DNA from: Pavona decussata
Lineage: Eukaryota
NCBI GenBank assembly: GCA_977016875.1
Contig: CDRNST010000275.1
Coordinates: 372,001-436,000 of the forward strand
Length of the DNA: 64,000 nucleotides
Direction of reading: 5' to 3'
Positions 9,834-22,322 of the stretch are shown one piece after another (position 1 is the stretch's first letter; each line of letters begins with the position of its first letter). The notes beneath the pieces were generated by a model. The model did not search any database and was not told the origin of the DNA. It saw only the letters and a program-made list of their open reading frames with translations. The position numbers and the translations under genes were made by a program.

Positions 9834-11945
9834 ATGAAGTACGCCATTTTGCTTCTGCTGATATGCTGGTTTATCAACTCAGGGATGGCGGATCTCTGTC
9901 AGCCAGCATCTTACTCAGTGCAAGGACAGGTGCTAAAAAACCACACCATCGCAGCCGGCCCCGCAAAGCGCATAGAAACGTGTATCATGCAGTGCATGGA
10001 TCATCCTGGTTGCCATAGCAGCAACTTTTATCGCAAGGACAGAGTGTGTGAGCTGAATGACAAGACGCATGCGTATCACCCTGAAGATATGAGAGAAGAG
10101 CATTTGACGAGCTACATGGAGAATACTTTCAGGCAATTTACCTGCAGCAAAGCGGACTCCGACTGCCATCGTTGCGATGTGTAGGTATGTGTGATCACTA
10201 GGTAAATTCCCGGGGAGCCCACAGTACTACTTTATCTGAATAAACGCGTATGTTCTGAGAACGAGATGGGTATGATTGCCAAGGTCTTCTCATTTTTACA
10301 CTTAAACAACTGCAGTTTGTTTTTGAAATATGTATTTGAAGCATGCATTGCTAGTAAAACTGTTCACTTGTTTAACTGGAACGATTTTCTCTTGAGATCA
10401 ATCTTGTTTTTGTTTGTTACTTGTGAATCCGTGGAAGAAATTCCGAGCGCGTGATATGAGAATGTATAGCGTAGTGTTGTTTGTTTCTCGAAATTTTGCA
10501 CAAGAAGCAGCGTCAGTATTTATTATTTTTCCGATAGAATGCGTCATCCGCGCACTTGGAATGGAAAACAGCGACATACCAAACTCAGCCGTGACGGCTT
10601 CTTCGTCTTATTCAAATAGCCAACATGAGCCGTGGCGAGGTCGTCTCAATGATGTACCTAATAGCCGTGGTTGGGGTTACTGGGCGGCGGGAACCTCGAA
10701 TCAAAAAGAATGGCTGCAAATTGATCTTGGGAAAGAGAAGTTGCTGACAAAACTCGCCACACAGGGGAGGCCTTCCTCAGACCAGTGGGTGCGGTCATAC
10801 AAAATTCTGTTCAGTTCAGACGGAACAAGCTGGAAGGAATATAAGGAAAATGATACTGTGAAGGTAATTGTAGTGCAAGTATAAAAACGTTTGTACTATA
10901 TGAACAGAACCACAAACACATTTATAGTAATTTAAACGGATTAAATTTCATTGAAGTTAAACGAAACCAAACTTTATCCAACTCTTTTGAAGGCGATGGT
11001 TCGCGTGTCATTGGTAACCACTCAGTGTAAACGTGAAAATCAAAATTATTGGAAAATCGTTTAGTCCGAATTTCCTACGGAAAGATTTTGCAACATCGTT
11101 AGTAGCTGAGCAAAAACAATGTGTAGTTGTTTTTGGTGGCGAGTTGTTAAAACGTTCATCGACACTCACTGGCTGATGAAAATCGCCTCACAACGAGCCA
11201 ACCAAACAGTCGAGAAAAGCGCGGAAAATCGTTTCAGCACGCGGGACAGGTAGTATGGCTTTGGTGTTTTGCAAGTATCTCAAGGTTTTTTAGGTAATAA
11301 TAAGAAGGCGCAGTACGGCAAACAGACTCAAAGACCAAAGTGAATAAGACAAGTAATCGATTAAACAAGATACTACAGAATTCTCAGAAGCCAATAGCAA
11401 TGAAAGACTAGGTTGAAAAGAGAGTTAAAGTACAGTATTTGAACTCAGAACTTTAAGGTTAATGCAATCAAAGATCATGCGCGCCAATACTGTTCTTTTA
11501 GATAAAATATATGTATCTTTTTTTGTAGGGAGGCGACGTGGCAGTGGTTAGGGGCGCCGGACGTGTTATCTGGAGCGCCCAGGTTCAAGTCCCGCTCCAA
11601 GGCCACGCTTTGTATATAGCCAACTGATTTGCCTCCCACGCGATGGGATTTTTAACAAATGTTCTTTTCAGTCTGCATATTTATTTCACCGGGTTATGGT
11701 TTCCCCAATTAGCGCCGTGGCGACAAATTCTCAGTCGACACTTAAATAAAGTCATTTATTTTTTATTTATTTTTATTTTTACTTAGGTCTTTTCCGCAAA
11801 TTCAGACCGTGGAACAATCGTGTCACACATCTTAACGTCAAGGTTTATGGCCAGATATGTGCGCTTTTACGCCGTATCATGGTACAGCCACATATCCATG
11901 CGAGTTGAGCTGTATGGATGTTTCTCCAGGACCATGACTTCATGA
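9834..11945 (+). pseudogene. PAN-discoidin gene copy 1; frameshifted, predicted 116-aa secreted PAN-only product or pseudogene
   Basis: Exons 9834-10184, 10538-10863, 11787-11945. Relative to the other copies, a +3 insertion and a 22-nt deletion late in exon 1 give TAG (10182-10184) directly before the GT donor. A 1-nt insertion in exon 3 changes the C-terminus from GCSPGP* to GCFSRTMTS*. Confidence 0.85.
11528..11750 (+). mobile_element. tRNA-derived SINE in intron 2 (shared by all five copies: also ~18948, ~35043, ~45693 internally deleted, ~58395)
   Basis: Pol III box A-like TGGCAGTGGTTAGG and box B GGTTCAAGTCC, followed by a non-tRNA body and AT-rich tail, at the same intron position in each paralogue. 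Confidence 0.7.
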
Positions 11946-12545
11946 AACAAACTGTCTTCAATCTCATGTAATGAAAATGATGATTTGTAACTAACATTGT
12001 GCATGCACATTACAATAATTACATAAATATTAAGTGAGATCAGTAAAAAGAAAGTATACAACTAGGCAATATGAAGAACATCACAAGTTTTACTGATGTA
12101 GAAGGCAAATGACCATATGCAAAGGCAAACACGACGTGCGTACGTACATGAAAAGAAGAGCGACTACTACCAGAAAACCCTCTTTTGTGCCTTCGAAGAC
12201 CTTCTTGCAAAACTACGTAAAGTTATTGGGACAGGCCAACAAAACTACTTCAATCCGGCAACAAAGGACGTTCTGGAACGTTTTGTAGAGGTAGAAATCT
12301 GGATCATATGGCGTGATTGATCAACTATAAAAGTAACTTTTGTACTTGACGGAAGATTATCGCAATACTCCAGTGTAAATTTTATCACAGCCTTTGGAGG
12401 AAACAAGTCTACAGTGCTAACTATAAATATAGAAGCATGTTTGTCACACATAACTATAGAAGCAAGGGATTCACTACATTTTCTGAAGGACTGCAAAAAG
12501 ACCGGTGAGGTTGACATTGTTTTATTTACAACTACAAATTAATAA

Positions 12546-13956
12546 TGCACTAGTCAATTGAAACCCCCATCCCCCCGGACCCGGGACAGATAGGGGGATA
12601 ATAGGGGCATAACAGCACTTTTGATCAGAGATCTGTCCCCTGGGGGTGGTAGATAAGATGTGTTTTGCTTCTTTACAGTGTCCCCACCTCGGGGAATCAG
12701 GGAGATTTGACTGTGCTTGACTCAGGTACTGAAGTTCTTCGCGAAGTGAATCGACTGCACGTTGTCATTTTCGCGCCATCCATATTGGCTGATTATTGGC
12801 GAAATGCTTCGCAAAATTTGGTTTAAAGACAATTCAAAAGGAAGAAGAAAATTCATTCCAGCTCTATGCAAAACTCTGCCTACAAACCCATGGTGCAGCC
12901 ATGGGTACAAAACTGGCAGTCGCCTTTGCGGAGATTTTAAAACCGCTCATTTGGAAACGATATATAGACGACATATTTTCCCTCTGGACTTTAAGGAGAG
13001 GAGATAATGCAGTTCAGTGAGCAAGCAAACAAACACCACCCCACAATTAAATTTACGGCTGAAATTTCAGAAACGGAAACATTTCTGGATACAAACATTT
13101 ATAAAGGTGAAAGAGTTCAGAAGCAATTCAGTTCTTGATGTGCGTACGCACTTCAAACCTACTGAAACATTTCAATATACGCACTTCTCTTCGTGGCACC
13201 CACCAGGGGTAAAAAAAGGCTTCATCAAAGGCGAAGCACTGAGACTTCTCAGAACAAACTCTTCTAAAAACATATTTGAAGAGTAAATTCAAAATCCTAA
13301 ATCACGCCTACAGGAAAGAGGTTGTCCCGAGAACTTAAACTTAAAACAAATCCTCATGAAAGCCTGGCATTTAATAGAACAACAACCATGGATATGGCTC
13401 AAAGAAATCTACAAAGACCTTCCCCTCGTATGTTACACTGAGAGGGCGGTCAGTCAAAGATATACCAGTGAGAGCTAAATTACAAAAAAGGCTTAAACAC
13501 ACGCTAATCCTGGCTGCCCTATAGAGTGGTTCCATTTCGAATGCATGGGACTTGTGGATGCACCAAGTCGAAAGCGGCTTTACGCTGACTGTGCTGTTTA
13601 ACATTTTCAAAGCTACCACTACTCAGAAATGCTCTGTTGTAATGTGAAATTCACATTCTTGCAAAATTTAATAATCAACAGCAAGTTTTGTTAAGATGTA
13701 TTAAAAGAAAGCTATTGCCTTATTAAATAATATTTTGCTCCTGATTGATCCAGTGTGAACGGTTTCTTTTGTCTTGCTTTGTTTGGTTTGTGCTTTTTTT
13801 TAACCCCTTGCCAATTTATTCCCAGGGGGAGGGGAATTTGATCTCAAGATTTTCCCCAGGGGCTGGAGGTTTTGGTATGATTTGTTCAGGGCCCTTGTCA
13901 AATCCCCCTACCTGTCCCGGGTCCGAGGGGGTTGGGGGTTTCAATTGACTAGTGCA
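12546..13956. mobile_element. Non-autonomous TIR DNA element (unclassified) with nested Penelope-like fragment
   Basis: Terminal inverted repeat TGCACTAGTCAATTGAAACCCCCA ... TGGGGGTTTCAATTGACTAGTGCA, extending inward with CCCCCGGACCCGGGACAG / CTGTCCCGGGTCCGAGGGG. TSD not resolved. Confidence 0.75.
12860..13500 (+). mobile_element. Penelope-like element reverse-transcriptase fragment (decayed)
   Basis: Frameshifted pieces LQTHGAAMGTK, WKRYIDDIFSLW, HHPTIKFTAEIS, THFKPTETFQYTHFSSWHPPGVKKGFIKGEALRLLRTNSS, typical of the PLE RT/thumb region. Confidence 0.85.
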
Positions 13957-15136
13957 TAAAGCTTGTTAACAGTTACGTTGCTTTCTCACGGTACTTTGAC
14001 AGTTGCTGAACGTTTGTTTTTACTTTGTCTACAAAATCATTTGATGTACATTATGCCTTATCACTGAAATATAACATAAATGTGCGGTTGTCTTAATCAA
14101 CTGAATACTAAATCGGACCTGCATTTGTAGCTATTTTCTCTTGGAAGTTGATCGCCCTGTTTGTTTGTTTTATTTATTATTTTTTATTTTTTGCGTGTGG
14201 CGCCACAGTTCTCTTCAGAGCTTAAAAATCTCGAGATAAGAATGAACGAAGGGAGACGACAACATGCATATCGAGGATCTTCTTTTAAGTTTTAACGGTA
14301 AAATAATAGCGGAACGAAATAGCAATCTTGCGTCGTGTACACGTGTGTGGTACTGTAGATATCTGCTCGGCGCGGCGTTGAATTACATATTTCACAGCTT
14401 GAGCTACAATTCTCCGGTTTTCCACAGGTGGTAACATCATAATATTTTCGATCAAAAGGAATTGTAGCTTTGAGTACAAGACTGTTTTGATGCATCCAAG
14501 ATTTCGTAAAAGGTTTTCATTGGTAGATTTTACAATGTGCGGTTCTGTTCGAAATAGGGATGGTTGCTTCATGTTCGCTTCGTGAAAGGTCGAAATTCCA
14601 GAAAGTACACTTTACGTTTCCGTCTCTCGACAGGACACTTTTTTCGGGCCGCCTTAGCAATTTTTATACAACAAACTATAAAGAATGGGCTTTAAGACCA
14701 TACTAGTTTAAACTTCAAATTACATGTACCAGTGGGCTTTCGTTGCTGTTAAAATTAGCTAAAATTACCTTATCCGCTAAAGCGCTGCAACTAGAGTAAT
14801 TGTAACAGCCAAAAACAAGCAGTTTTCAACAGCTTTCTCAAAATAATTTAGTGATTCAGGGAGATCAAGAGATGTTTGTTATGAGTTCACCAAAGTATAT
14901 CGATAGATGTTATTACGTTGATCTGGAGAGCAAAAAGAAAATGCATTATTTTATTGTAGTTTCGACGCAGCCGGAAGCCCAAAATGGCGTTTTTCGAACT
15001 TTCTTAGATTTCGAAAAAACTAAAGCGCTTCAGGACCTTTGAATAGTATTTTCGAAAATAACTCACTACGGACTGAGGTTATTTGGGCAAAATATGAAGA
15101 AATTGAAACTTTCACGACTTATGCCGGATTCTCGAT

Positions 15137-15158
15137 AATTACAGACAGTGGCTCTTAA
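15137..15158. mobile_element. Orphan Sola3-like transposon terminus
   Basis: AATTACAGACAGTGGCTC|TTAA resembles the right end of the element at 51429-56815 (AATTACAGACGGCCACTC|TTAA). No partner end found in the window. Confidence 0.5.
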
Positions 15159-15690
15159 TAATTGATCAAAAATAAATTTTAATTTATGTTGTCACTCAAA
15201 TCAGATCAAAGCTGTTTTCTGATGTAAGTGTATGACTTTTTAGAATATTCGCAGCGTAGTCGCTTCAAACCGGAAGCAATTATTTTTGTCAATATGAAAC
15301 TAAAATATCCAATCCCCTGGCGAATTCGGCCATATTTTGAGATAACTTTAGACCAACCTGACTGCGAAGAGCAGAAGAGGTTGCTTCTTATTAATAATTG
15401 ATCAAAAATAAATTTTAATTTATGTTGTCTCTCAAATCACGGACAGAGCTGTTTTCTGATGTAAGTGAATAACTTTTTAGAATATTCGCAGCGTAGTCTC
15501 TTCAAACCGGAAGCACTTATTTTTGTCAATATTAAATTAAAATATCCAATCCCCTAGCAGATTCGGCAATATTTTAAGATAACTTTAGAACAACCTTACT
15601 GCGAAGAGCCTAAAGGGTTACTTCTTGCTATTAATAATTGATCAAAAATAGATTTTAATTTATTGTTGTCCCTCAAATTTCGGACAGATT
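15155..15690. repeat. ~235-bp tandem repeat upstream of gene copy 2
   Basis: Motif TTAATAATTGATCAAAAATA.ATTTTAATTT recurs at ~15155, ~15391, ~15632. The same family occurs at 29810-30510 and 63595-63890, with partial copies at ~38670, ~47540, ~48840. Confidence 0.85.
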
Positions 15691-16432
15691 GAATGGAACA
15701 ACTTGCTGATATTAACCATTCTTACGATCTATCGGAAGATAAGCATCGAAACTGCAAGAATACAGAGTTTTTTTTTTTATGTCTTCAACCTTCATGGTAA
15801 GAGATCCTTTTTTTTCTTTAGAGGAAAGAAACAATTCGAATAAGGACGGCTGTCGTAAGTGAAGACTTTTCTATTCTTTTGAACTTTTTAGTTTATTTCC
15901 AAAGTCGGTAAACATATCAGAGATGTTTATTTTTGGCATGGCGCTCTTTTCGCTCCACCCAAAGCGCGATTAATTTGCCGTTTATCTACAACCATTTATT
16001 ATTTAACTGCGACTTTCTTGAAACCGAAAAAGACAGCTGAGTAACGTGGAAAACTAAGACGACGGGAAAATCATTAAATGATAACGGGGCTATTTCTGCT
16101 TTTTCCCTTGCCGTAAAGTACCAAACGTGATGTTTATTCTTTCTAACATCTCTGTTTAAATAACGCACCCTTGGCAGCAAACTTTCATTCAAAACAGAAA
16201 ATCGCGCGATTTGGTGAACAGCAAAAGCAATTCAGGTATTCGTCAAGGTTTTCGGCACTTTGTCGTGAAACAAACATTGAATACTCTCATGGGTGTTTTA
16301 TCATGACATTTATTGGCAATTCGATGGAAATTTTTGACTGACAAGCGTTTAAGGTTTTTAAGACCGTGCCTAGCTGTCGGCTATATAGTCTCAGCGTAAA
16401 GGGCATCTTATATACAAGAGGAGCTGTTCTTT

Positions 16433-16685
16433 AGGCCCGTTTAAACGGTTTCAACATTCGGTTCAACATGCGTTCAACACTTTGTTGAACCAAATGTTAA
16501 GTGTGCTTGAACAGGTCGTCCATCATTGTTGAAGCTTCATTCAACATCCATACAACATTTTCTTTATTCTCAAAAATGTTGAATGGTGTTGAAGCCGTTT
16601 GAACACTCCTTTCAATATTTGTCCAACATTTGCCCAACATCCGATCAACTTTTGTTGAACGAATGTTGGTCGTTTAAACGGGCCT
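16433..16685. mobile_element. PIF/Harbinger-like MITE
   Basis: TIR AGGCCCGTTTAAACG...CGTTTAAACGGGCCT. Orthologous copy at 31233-31529 has a TTA TSD; partial copies at ~8985-9105 and ~49677-49845; empty site at ~46945. Confidence 0.75.
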
Positions 16686-17280
16686 TTAGGCTTTCAATTT
16701 AAAGCATCAGGAATTTAAATTATGAACGTTGCATGTATTTCGAGTTAAAATTTCAAGTTGGGAATGAGTCTCCTTACTCTCACTGATCCCTGAAGGCGCT
16801 GGTTGGAAACAATACCACTGAGCGCTGAAGCGGGTTCACTATTAGGGACTTAAAGGAACCGCGACGGCGACGCCAACGAAAACGTCGCTTGAAAATACAA
16901 GTTTGCGTTACTTGTCCTACTTTGCGATTATTCTAACTCCAGTTCAACTTTTACTGAGAAAGGCGTTCAAGTTGAGACAGAATGAAAAATTTGTGATATT
17001 TACTGGCGATCAAATTCGCCGCAATCGGCTTATATAATCGCCAGGTGTGTCGCCGGCTTTATGGAAGTAGCGTAGCGCGAGGTTAAATTATAAATGGTTA
17101 AAGCAAATTTTTCTTTCTAACGGAGAGAAAATAGTAAAAAAAAAAAATGCTGGAGGAGGAAAGGGGAAGAAAAAAGGCAAAGGAAAAAGCAAGAGCAATT
17201 TTCAAAAGTGAAAATATTGTGCATATTAATCTCCCTGTTGCCAAGAAGTTAACACAATCCTTGTTTCCCTTCCAGCCGGA

Positions 17281-19998
17281 ATGAAGTACGCCATTTTGCT
17301 TCTGCTGATATGCTGGTTTATCAACTCAGGGATGGCGGATCCCTGTAAGTCAGCGTCTAACTCAGTGCAAGGACAGGTGCTTAAAAACCACACCATCACG
17401 GCCGGCCCTGCAGAGTGCATAGAAGAGTGTATCATGCAGTGCATGGATCATACTGGTTGCCACAGCAGCAACTTTTATCGAAAGGACAGAGTGTGTGAGC
17501 TGAATGACAAGACGCATTCGTCTCACCCTGAAGATATGAGAGACGAGCATTTCACTAACTACATGGAAAATACTATCAGACCATTCACCTGCAGCAAAGA
17601 CTCCGATTGTGGAAGTAGTTTGCTTTGCCTGCCATCGTTGAGGTGTGGAGGTAAGTGTGATCACTAAATACTAAATTCCTGGGGAGCTGAGCCCACAGTT
17701 TGCTTTATAGTCAGCGCCCTTACTACTACTTTACATGAATAAACGCGTACGAACGAGATGGCTCTGATTGTCAAGGTCTTCTCAGTTTTAATTCTTAATC
17801 GAAGCATGCATTGCTAGTAAAATTGTTCACTTGTTTAACTTGAACGATTTTCTACTGAGATCAATCTCGTTTTTGTACGTTACTTGTGAATCTGTAGAAG
17901 AAACTCCGAACGCGTGATGAGAATGTAGCGTCAGTTTTTGTTGCTTTTCGGATAGAATGCATCATCCGCGCACTTGGAATGGAAAACAACGACATACCAG
18001 ACTCAGCCGTAACGGCTTCTTCGTCGGCGTCAGGTGTCCGGCATGGGTCTTGGCGAGGTCGTCTCAATAATGTACTAACTAGCAATAGTTGGGGTTGCTG
18101 GGCGGCGGGAACCAATAATCAAGGAGAATGGCTGCAAATTGATCTTGGGAAAGAGAAGTTGCTGACAAAACTCGCCACACAGGGGAGGCCTTCCCTTGAC
18201 CAGTGGGTGCGGTCATACAAAATTCTGTTCTGTTCAGACGGAGCAAGCTGGAAGGAATATAAGGAAAATGGCGCAGTGAAGGTAAATGTAGCGCAAGTAT
18301 AAAAAAGATTGTTCTATATGAAAAGGACCACAAACACATTTAAAGTAATTGAACGGATTAAATTTTACTGAAATCAAACAAAACCAAACTTTATCCAACT
18401 CTTTTGAAGGCTATGGTTGGCGTGTTATTGGTAACCACTGTAAACATGAAAATAAAAATTATTGAAAATCGTTTAAAACTATCAACTTGTTTAGTCCGAA
18501 TTTTCAATGGAAAGTTATGCAACATCGTTATCAGCTGAGCAAAACCACTGTGTAGTAGTATTTGGTGGAGAGTTGTTAAATGTTTACTGACACTCAGTGG
18601 CTGATGACAATGACCTCACAACGATCCAACCAAAACAGTCGAGAAACGCGCGGGAAATCGTTTCAACACACGAGCCAGGTAGTATGGCTTTGGTGTTTTG
18701 CAAGTGTCTCAAGGTTTTTTAGGCAATAATAAGTACAGCGCAGTTCAGCAAACGAGACTCAAAGACTCAAAGTGAATAACAAAAGTAATCAATTAAACAA
18801 GATACTACAGATTTCTCAGAAGCCAATAGCAATGAAAGACTAGGTTGAAAAGGAGTTAAAGTACAATATTTGAACTCAGAACTTTAAGGTTAATAAAATC
18901 GAAAATCATACTGTTATTTCAAATCATATTTATGTATCTCTTTTTGTAGGGAGGGGACGTGGTCAGTAGTTAGGGTCGCCGGACTTGTAATCTGGAGCCC
19001 CCAGGCTGAAGTCCAACTCCAAAGCCACGCTTTGTATATAGCCAACTGATTTCCTTCTCACCCGTTGGGATTTTTAACAAATGTCATTTTCAGTTTACAT
19101 ATTTTGTTTCACGGGTTTATAGTGTCCCCATGCAATTAGCGCCACAGCGCCAAATACTCAGTCGACACTTAAGGTGGCTCTATATAATTTCTTCAGTTTT
19201 CGCTGGTAGTGATATATATATTTTTCTTGATGTTCTGATTCTTTCAGCCCTGTGAAAATATCAGGTTTCAAACATAGTTTCGAGTACCTAAGTCCTTATG
19301 CTTTGCTAAACACACCGTTACAACTGGTAAATCCCGTTTCCATGGCAACGAGCGGATGATACATCTGTAGATTCCTCCACTCCTAGAAAGTTTCAAAACG
19401 GGTTTGACCGAATTTCGTTCGGTAAAATTTCGCTATTTTTTTTTGTAAAAAAGAGAGAAACTCCAAAGTATCTCCTCATAAAGTCAAAACAAATTCTGTA
19501 CATACGTTTGGCCAATTTCTGCAATTTTCGTTTTTACCATTTATTGCAGTTGTGCATATATGATTCTCCGGCCTTAAGATTTTTTGGAGTACAAATACAG
19601 GCTAAATTCTATCATTGAGCCAATTTTTAGAAAAATTCACCATGGAAAACACTTTAAAATAGGCTTTTTTTTCAGGCTAAAACTGGCCTTGTTTCGCGCG
19701 CCAGGATAATGAAAATTCATGTATCAGTTGGAAAACTGCACGCGCTCGCGCCATTTTAGTACCCAGTTGCCGCGCGCCAAAAAACTGTATAGAGTCACCT
19801 TAAATGAAAAAAATGTATTTATTTATGTTTAGTTTTACTTTTACTTAGGTCTTTTCCGGAAGTTCAGACCGTGGAACAATCGTTTCACACATCTTAACGT
19901 CAAGGTTTATGGCCAGATATGTGCGCTTTTACGTCGTATCATGGTACAACCACATATCCATGCGAGTTGAGCTGTACGGATGTTCTCCAGGACCATAA
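17281..19998 (+). CDS. Secreted PAN/Apple + Cys-rich + F5/8 type C (discoidin) domain protein, copy 2 (281 aa)
   Basis: Exons 17281-17650 (370 nt, phase 1), 17956-18281 (326 nt), 19849-19998 (150 nt, TAA), all GT-AG. Signal peptide MKYAILLLLICWFINSG; PAN motif ECIMQCMDHTGCHSSNF..VCELN; discoidin motifs ALGMEN..IPD..TASS, WLQIDLG, ATQGR, SYKI, ARYVRF, MRVELYGC. An acceptor 5 nt before the ATG implies an upstream non-coding exon. Confidence 0.92.
19173..19799. mobile_element. Kolobok-like non-autonomous DNA transposon in intron 2 of copy 2
   Basis: TTAA TSD (19169-19172, 19800-19803); TIR GGTGGCTCTATATA / TGTATAGAGTCACC (purine-purine start); empty TTAA site in the other paralogues (GTCGACACTTAAATAAAG). 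Confidence 0.8.
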
Positions 19999-21017
19999 CT
20001 TAATGAAACAAACTGTCTTCGATCTCATGTAACGAAAATGAGGATTTGTTACTAAAATTGTGCATGCACATGACAGTAATTACATTAATATTAAGTTTGA
20101 TCAGTAGAAAGAAATTATACAGCTAGGCAATATGTAGATCATCACAAGTTTTACTGATGTAGAAGGTAAATGACCACATGCAAAGGGAACACCAGGTGTG
20201 TACGTAGATAAAAAGAAGAACAACTACCAGAAAACCCTCTTTCATTCCTTCGAAGACCTTCTTGCAAAAGAACGAAAGTGTTAACACATATAGAGGGAAT
20301 GACCTCAGATTCATTTATTTTAACTGAAACATGTTGCGGTGAGTAATGAGACTGAATTAAGGTTCTACAATATTCCTGTGCGGAACGCGACCGAAGCCTT
20401 CTGCAGGTTAACGTTTTAATTTCTACCTTATAAGTAAGTTGCGCTGTTGAAGCACAGCTGAAAATAGCATGTTGCTGATTGGTCATTTGTAACAACCCCG
20501 TTTTCAGGGTCTCCTCTTCTCGCTCCCTGGGAAGTGAAGTTAGGTGACGGAGAATCCTGGACAAGAAGCCTAAGGCTTATGAGGTCCAGGATTCCTCCAG
20601 CTTACAACATAGCCATACAGTGTAGTGCAGTGGAAACGGACAAAGCTTACAGAAAAAGCTGAATACAACCGAATGTACTACATAATGATTATGGCACATT
20701 AGTCAGAAAATATTATAAATTAAAAAAGGTACAAGCGTAAATTAATACGAAACTACTGGCGAATGACGTGTGGTGGTTATAAATGTGATTTTCAAGTCCC
20801 CTTCTGTATAATTACAACAGAATTCAGTTCTTCGATCATTTTTAGACTATTGTACAAAAATACTGGAAGTTGAGTAAGGAAAAACTAAGTCACAGAGAAA
20901 TCTAATTCAGTTGTTAGTGTTATTTCAGTTACCGTTATCTTTCGTAGATCTCGTTCATGCTCATAACAGAGATACGTGGTTACAACTAAAGCAAATTCAC
21001 AATTCTGTGAGTTCTAA

Positions 21018-21373
21018 GGGCTGGCTTACACGCGCGATAAGCATAAACACAAGGTGATATAAACAGGCGCGGTGAATTAAACGTTTGGCGCCAAAAATTT
21101 AAAATTCAAGATGGCGGACGCCAAGGAGGTATTCAGCGACGAGACCAAGATGTTTTTACTTCTTCTTCTCTTGTGCTTAAGCTTGTGTTATCCCGGTTTA
21201 CACGGGCGACCTTACGACATAGTAGCAAGTACAAGAGAAAGGAAAGATTTACTTTTTTTGGCGCTTGCGTTTATGCTTTCGCTTATGCTTGCGTCGTCCC
21301 TGTTTACATGTTGGTTTCTTGGGCTTATGCTTGGGCTTATGGTTATGCTTAGGTCGTACATGTAAACCAGTCT
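21018..21373. mobile_element. Old Harbinger-like MITE downstream of gene copies (also ~36886-37232, ~60104-60455)
   Basis: TAA flanks; imperfect TIR GGGCTGGCTTACAC / TGTAAACCAGTCT; internal ATAAGC/GCTTAT repeats. Confidence 0.6.
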
Positions 21374-21924
21374 TAATTCTCGAGGCCGTCAAATGTCCCT
21401 GGGTAAACTAATCCCCGACCTCCACTTATGGTGGTAAGCAGTGAATGCTGCTGTCTTTGAATTAAACGATAAAATTAGCCGTTGCCTCATGGTACTATAC
21501 TAACTATCTACCTAGTCTAGGTCTAGCTTAAGCGTAATACAGGCCTCGACGGTTGCTAAATTTGGAGATAGAGTGGCCAAACAAATAGATTTATTCTTTG
21601 TATAGACACGAAAAATATATAAACTGACTTCATTTTTACGGGAGAGAGCGCTTGATAGCCTACCATACCCCGCAACACGAGCGGCAGTTAAAATTGGTTT
21701 TCGTACGTCATCAAATACCTCTACCAAAAACTAACACTTCATTGTCGACTAAATGAAGGTAATACCAATTTCGCACCATGCTAAACATTTTCTTGCCCCT
21801 CCAACGTAGACTTCTAATTAGTCGATTTGAATTTGAGACGCACAGACCGTATGGTAGGAGTCTAGTGACTGGAAAACGTGTTACTCTCAGATTCTGGATG
21901 GAATTGGAATTTGGAAATCTTGAT

Positions 21925-22295
21925 GATTGACTGACTGACTGACTGGCTCACTGGCTAACTGACTGACTTACTGACTGACTAACTACTGTCTGGCTGGGTG
22001 TCTTACTGACAGATAAGCGGACCTGTTGGATGACTGACTGACTGACTGACTTACTGATCATGACTGGCTGACTGGCTGGCTGGCCGGCCGACTGACTGGA
22101 CCGATTGTCTGACTGACTGATTGACTGACTGATTGACTGACTGACTGACTGACTGACTGACTGACTGACTGACTGACCGACTGACTAGCTGGCTGACTGA
22201 CTGACAGGCTGGCTGGATGGCCGGCTGACTGACTGACTGACTAATTGACTGACTGACTGGACTGATTGTCTCACTGACTGACTGACTGACTGGCT
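21925..22295. repeat. Imperfect (ACTG)n/(GCTG)n microsatellite
   Basis: Long GACT/GGCT tetranucleotide run; orthologous runs at ~37703-37878 and ~61060-61412. Confidence 0.95.
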
Positions 22296-22322
22296 GAAAG
22301 GTCTGAGAAGAAAAGCAATAAT

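Noticed and set aside
11528-11600. Possible tRNA gene in intron 2
   Set aside because: Box A/B are present but there is no convincing cloverleaf or acceptor stem, and it continues into a SINE body; degenerate in all paralogues.
21111-21365. Recurring MADA(K/E)EV.S.E... ORFs (also 36977-37261, 60196-60528) looking like a small secreted-protein family
   Set aside because: They lie within a MITE, frames diverge between copies, and Leu/Met/Cys richness comes from GCTTAT/GCTTGT repeats.
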